Assembly (NCBI RefSeq): GCF_963921235.1
Contig: NC_086123.1
Span: forward strand, 25,544,001-25,608,000
Source of the DNA: Mobula hypostoma
Lineage: Eukaryota
Direction: 5' to 3'
Length of the DNA: 64,000 nucleotides
Shown: positions 59,946 through 64,000 of the stretch, piece by piece
Position numbering within the stretch: position 1 is the stretch's first letter
Layout: each line of letters opens with the position of its first letter
The notes under the pieces: generated by a model
The model's input: only the letters and a program-made list of their open reading frames with translations
Database searches by the model: none
Told to the model about the DNA's origin: nothing
Translations under genes and position numbers: made by a program

Positions 59946-60061
59946 CGTTTTGCCTCGAAAAAAAATTTATATACGGACATATCGACTTCAAATACCTGAT
60001 TTCTGCTTCTATTTCACATCTTTTATTTCATTTACAGTAAACAAACAAGCCAGTTGGAAGC

Positions 60062-60193
60062 TGTTGAAGGGTCTCGGCCCGTAACGTCGACTGTATTCTT
60101 TTCCATAGATGCTGCCTGGCCTGCTGCGTTCCTCCAGCGTTTTGTGTGTGTTGCTCGGATTTCCATCATCTGCCGACTTCCTCGTGTTGGTTT
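60062..60193 (+). mobile_element. 132-bp PLE pLTR insertion, 12-bp TSD
   Basis: TSD CCAGTTGGAAGC at 60050-60061 and 60194-60205. Starts inside a mutated hammerhead core (CTGTTGA...GTAACGTC). Confidence 0.88.
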
Positions 60194-61704
60194 CCAGTTG
60201 GAAGCCCTTGTGTTTTTAATAATACTTCTAAACTTGAAATAAAAACAATATTTGAATGGGCAGACATACTTACTTACTGCCTGATACGCCACTGGCGTTT
60301 AAGGCAGCAATGAAGGTCCTCCATCTTTGACAGTGCTCAGGGCTTCCTTTATCATGTCAGTAGCTTCCTCTCGCCTTTCACTACTGTCAGTCAGTGGAGA
60401 CTCAGGAATACCATCACACTCAGATGCACTGTGGAAGGATTCTTCGTTGCTGTTTCAGTAACAAAGGTGTTTGTCCGATCAGGATTGTTAACCCCGAGCT
60501 GAACCCCGAACCTGAAGGACCAGTGGACCACTCTTATTCTGTCCTCTACCCTTTGACCTGTTTGGCATGGGTGACCCTGCCAAGAGCCAAAGCATAAAGC
60601 CCTGATTTCAGCCTACATAGCTCTCTGGGCCATTGAAGCACGCAAGCATGCAAAGCCAATGACGAGGTTGTGGTTCTCTTGTGTTCAACAACAAAGATCA
60701 ACACAATATCTGATCAATGTAATCACTTGCCTTGAAATATGCATATCCCTTTAAGTGTTTGCTGCTTGCTGGACTGAAGTTTCCCCCTTTGTGCAAAAAC
60801 TAAAAAAGTTTCCTGGAAATATCTGCTAATTATTCAACTCAGTTGTCATCTCTTATCCTAAGCCTTACAAAAAATTGAACACACTCACCTCGGGCCTCAA
60901 CAAATTACTTTAACCAGTCTTTCCTTGTATATCACTGTCCTTATCAAATATAAGATTTTAAGTGCTTCTATTGCGGATATCCCTGAGCTTGAGTGCTGAA
61001 GAGGAAAATTAAAATAGCTGCATTTTAGTCTATTGCCAAAAGGTAATTTCACTCAGAAGCTCATCTGGTATATTTGGGTCTTATTCTTCAATGACAGATT
61101 CAGGAAAATTTCAGATGTCCAGGCATCCTATTATTCACGTCTGTTCATTGAAGCAATATGCTATAATCCCCATTCCCTGTACTTTGGGCATTTATCCTTT
61201 ACAAATGTTCCTCTTCAAGGTTTTATTAAATCCATTTTAAATGCTGCAATTGATTTGGTTTTAAACTCAGCATTCTTTCCATGGGAAAGTTCATTGTTAC
61301 CTTCCCTATAGATGCCTCTATTTCTGATCCTTGCTGTTAATTTACCAACCAGTAGAAATAATGTTTGTCTTTTATTTTTTCAAAGAAACCTCTCTGCTCT
61401 TATGATTCTGGTCTTACTTCTACAAGTTTCAATCATATTTATGTTCCTGATTTCATCTGGACACCTGATATAGCCATTGATTTGTAAAGTTAACACAATA
61501 ATCGAAGTGTTATAAGTGTCTTGAGGTGTTGCAGCTGTTCCATTGTGGTGCGGTTAACATAGGTTGTTAGTTGTTGTTTCTGATGGACTTGTGGTCTGCC
61601 CTGAAGTGGCATTAGCTTGGCCAACATGTGCCTGTCTGGCGATCTATTATTCACCTTGATTGATCAATGAATATTTGTTGCATTCTTGTTGAAGTGGAGA
61701 TGAT

Positions 61705-62272
61705 GTCTTGTTGACATGGAGAGGATGTTTTCAAAAGAGGAGAGCTCTCGGGCTAGAGGGAACGGTCTCAGAATACAAAGAAGTCCATTTAGAAGACGTG
61801 AGGAGGAATTTCTTTAGCCAAAGAGTGGAGAATCTGTGGAATTCATTGCCACAGACGGCTGTGTAGGTGAAGTCAATGGGTATACTTAAAGCTGAGTAGT
61901 AAGAGGTTCAAAGATTCCTGAGAGCCTAGAGAAGGCTCATCAGAATGTGGAATGAGCTGCCAGCGCAAGTGGTGCATGCGAGCTCAATTTCAACACTTGA
62001 GAGAAGTTTGGATAGGTACATGGATGTTAGGGTCATGGAGGGCTACGGTCCTGGTGCATTTCGATAGAAGTAGGCATTTAAGTGGCTTGGCATGGACTAG
62101 ATGGGCTGAAGGGCCTGTTTCTGTGCTGTACTTTTCTATGGCTCTGTTATGGGAAGAAGGCAGGAGAATGGGTTTGAGAGCGTTAATAAATCAGTCATGA
62201 TTGAATGACAGAGCAAAGTCAATGGGCTGAATGGCCAAATTCTGCTCATATGCCATATGGTTTTATGGTCTT
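61705..62272 (+). mobile_element. Two interleaved CR1 3' ends
   Basis: GAGGAGGAATTTCTTTAGCC...TGGAATTCATTGCC, then a second GGAATGAGCTGCCAGCG...GGCATGGACTAG, then an ATGGTTTTATGG tail. Confidence 0.75.
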
Positions 62273-63199
62273 TTGGCTTCTATATTTCAACAAATAAAAA
62301 CAAACAAAAATCCTACTCAGCTTCATACAATTTCCATCGAGTATTGATCATTGTTGAACCAGCACTTAAGCAAGGAGTTAGATATATATACATATTTGAT
62401 CGGCTGCTTATTTTTGAGAACAGATATTTATTAAGGACCACTAAAACAATATATTTCAATCATGGGAAATTGACAACGAAGTCTATTGGAAATCAGGCAA
62501 CCATTTATCATTCATTACAAATGGTTTTAGGGTCACCCACTGAGCAGAGGCGTGGTGAGATCAGCCTGAAAACTTTACCTTCCTTCTCCTGATGCAGAAC
62601 GCCTTTGTGAAAATCAATCTACGCTTGCTCCTCAAGGATTACAAGAGAAAGAAAACAGGGGAAATTTGTTTTAGCACTATGATACATAAATTAGGATAAT
62701 TCAGGAGACTGTCCTTTCAGATAACAGTATTCATATCTTATCCCACCTTCCTTCTCTAATCAGAGAGCACAATTCACCATTATGTCTCTGCTCAAATTAC
62801 AAAAGGGATTGCAGACTGTTGTCCTGTCATCCAATTTGCATTTCTCATAAGAATCACTGCCCCTGTCACTACCTAGGCTCACTACATATCAATGTAACAT
62901 GGGTCCTCAGTGACCTTCCCTTCATACTGCCGCTCTCCAGGCCAAGAGTGACAATCAGTTTGGAAGTTTTGGAATAAGATGGTGCCAGGGAGCAACGCTA
63001 CTGAGGGCAATGTCCTCAAGATGGGTCACAAAGCAATTCTTTTCACTTCTTTGACATCTTTTTATTTCAGATATGGTTCTTCTACTATTAACCTACATTC
63101 TGGTGGTGTGATTTCGGGCTGATCTGGTGCTTTTCTTTCTCCAAGAGAGTTCCACGAGCCTGCGACCGAACCCAGTGGCATGAAGGCCAGGAAGCCTGA

Positions 63200-63411
63200 A
63201 GAGATTAGCAGTTTCTGAGATACTCAAGCCACCAACAACCATTCCACGGAAGTCACTTATATCACATCGCTTCCCCATTCTGATGTGTGGTCTGAACAAC
63301 AACTGAACCTCTTGACAACATCTGCATGCTTTTATGCTTTGAATTGCTGTCACCTGATTGTCTGATTAGATATTTGTATTAACGAGCAGGTGTAAGATGG
63401 GCACTGAGTGG
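63200..63411 (-). mobile_element. Tc1-like fragment
   Basis: Reverse complement encodes RPHIRMGKRCDISDFRGMVVG...SISETA (Tc1 N-terminus-like). TIR remnant GGCACTGAGTG. Related to 16853-17309. Confidence 0.6.
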
Positions 63412-64000
63412 ACCTCTTGCTATTAACAACAGATTTCTCTTCATTTCAGCCATCCCACGATCAGGTGCCTTTCCTCTCTTGAAATTTTTTTCTGCCACTG
63501 TAATTATTGAAGGCCCCTGACTGCAATGTGGTTTTCAGCTGGTCTTTCCCTCTGCTTCTCTTGACTGTTTCCTTTCCATTTGCTGAAGTCATTGATAGCC
63601 ACAGTCCTGATGAGGGTATAATTAATTTAATTATGCCGTTCATATGAAGTTTCTTGAAGCTTTGGTAGGTACTGAGGATGAGGAAAGTGACTTGCTTGGA
63701 CAGTGCTCTATACCAGAGAAGCTTCTCTTTCACTGCCTGTACAGATATCTCTCATTCTCTATATCTGTCTGGAAATATAGTAAGATAAATTAGCCTGTTA
63801 TCTCTTCAGTGAGATCATGGTTGATGGTGGTGTCCCTCTCACCTTTATTCTGCAATTTAAAAGCATGCATATTTTTTATGTCGTAAAGTATGTGTAAACA
63901 TGCACCGCCAGAGTCAACGACAACTTCTACCCCACCGTTATAGCACTCCTGAATGGACCACTTGTCTGATAAAAATGAACACAGCACTAATGTCACGTGG

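Overview
This is eukaryotic, repeat-dense vertebrate DNA. The repeat complement (CR1, Rex/Babar, RTE, L2, Tx1, V-SINEs, Neptune-type Penelope-like elements) suggests a cartilaginous fish, probably a ray; this is inference only. I could not recognise any host protein-coding gene, rRNA, true tRNA gene or CRISPR array, so the window looks intronic or intergenic. Every recognisable ORF is a transposon remnant. The most interesting system is a dispersed family of about 13 Penelope-like element (PLE) copies carrying a minimal type I hammerhead ribozyme. Two copies have a fully intact core (2691-2728 + and 58716-58753 -), five have 11-16 bp TSDs, several have the inverted pLTR plus 3' tail geometry, and old copies show CpG-type mutations in the catalytic core. 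A second, unrelated hammerhead-bearing PLE relic lies at about 11.5 kb. Other notable structures are a four-layer nested insertion at 36.2-41.5 kb (Rex > CR1 > Rex > solo LTR), a 35-bp tandem array at a CR1 5' truncation point, and a MITE with a 6-bp TSD containing a Charlie/Buster hAT. There are two assembly gaps (33840-34025 and 41525-41697). Hammerheads in PLEs are established in general; whether these particular families are described cannot be judged without a database search. Boundaries not fixed by a TSD or TIR are approximate.
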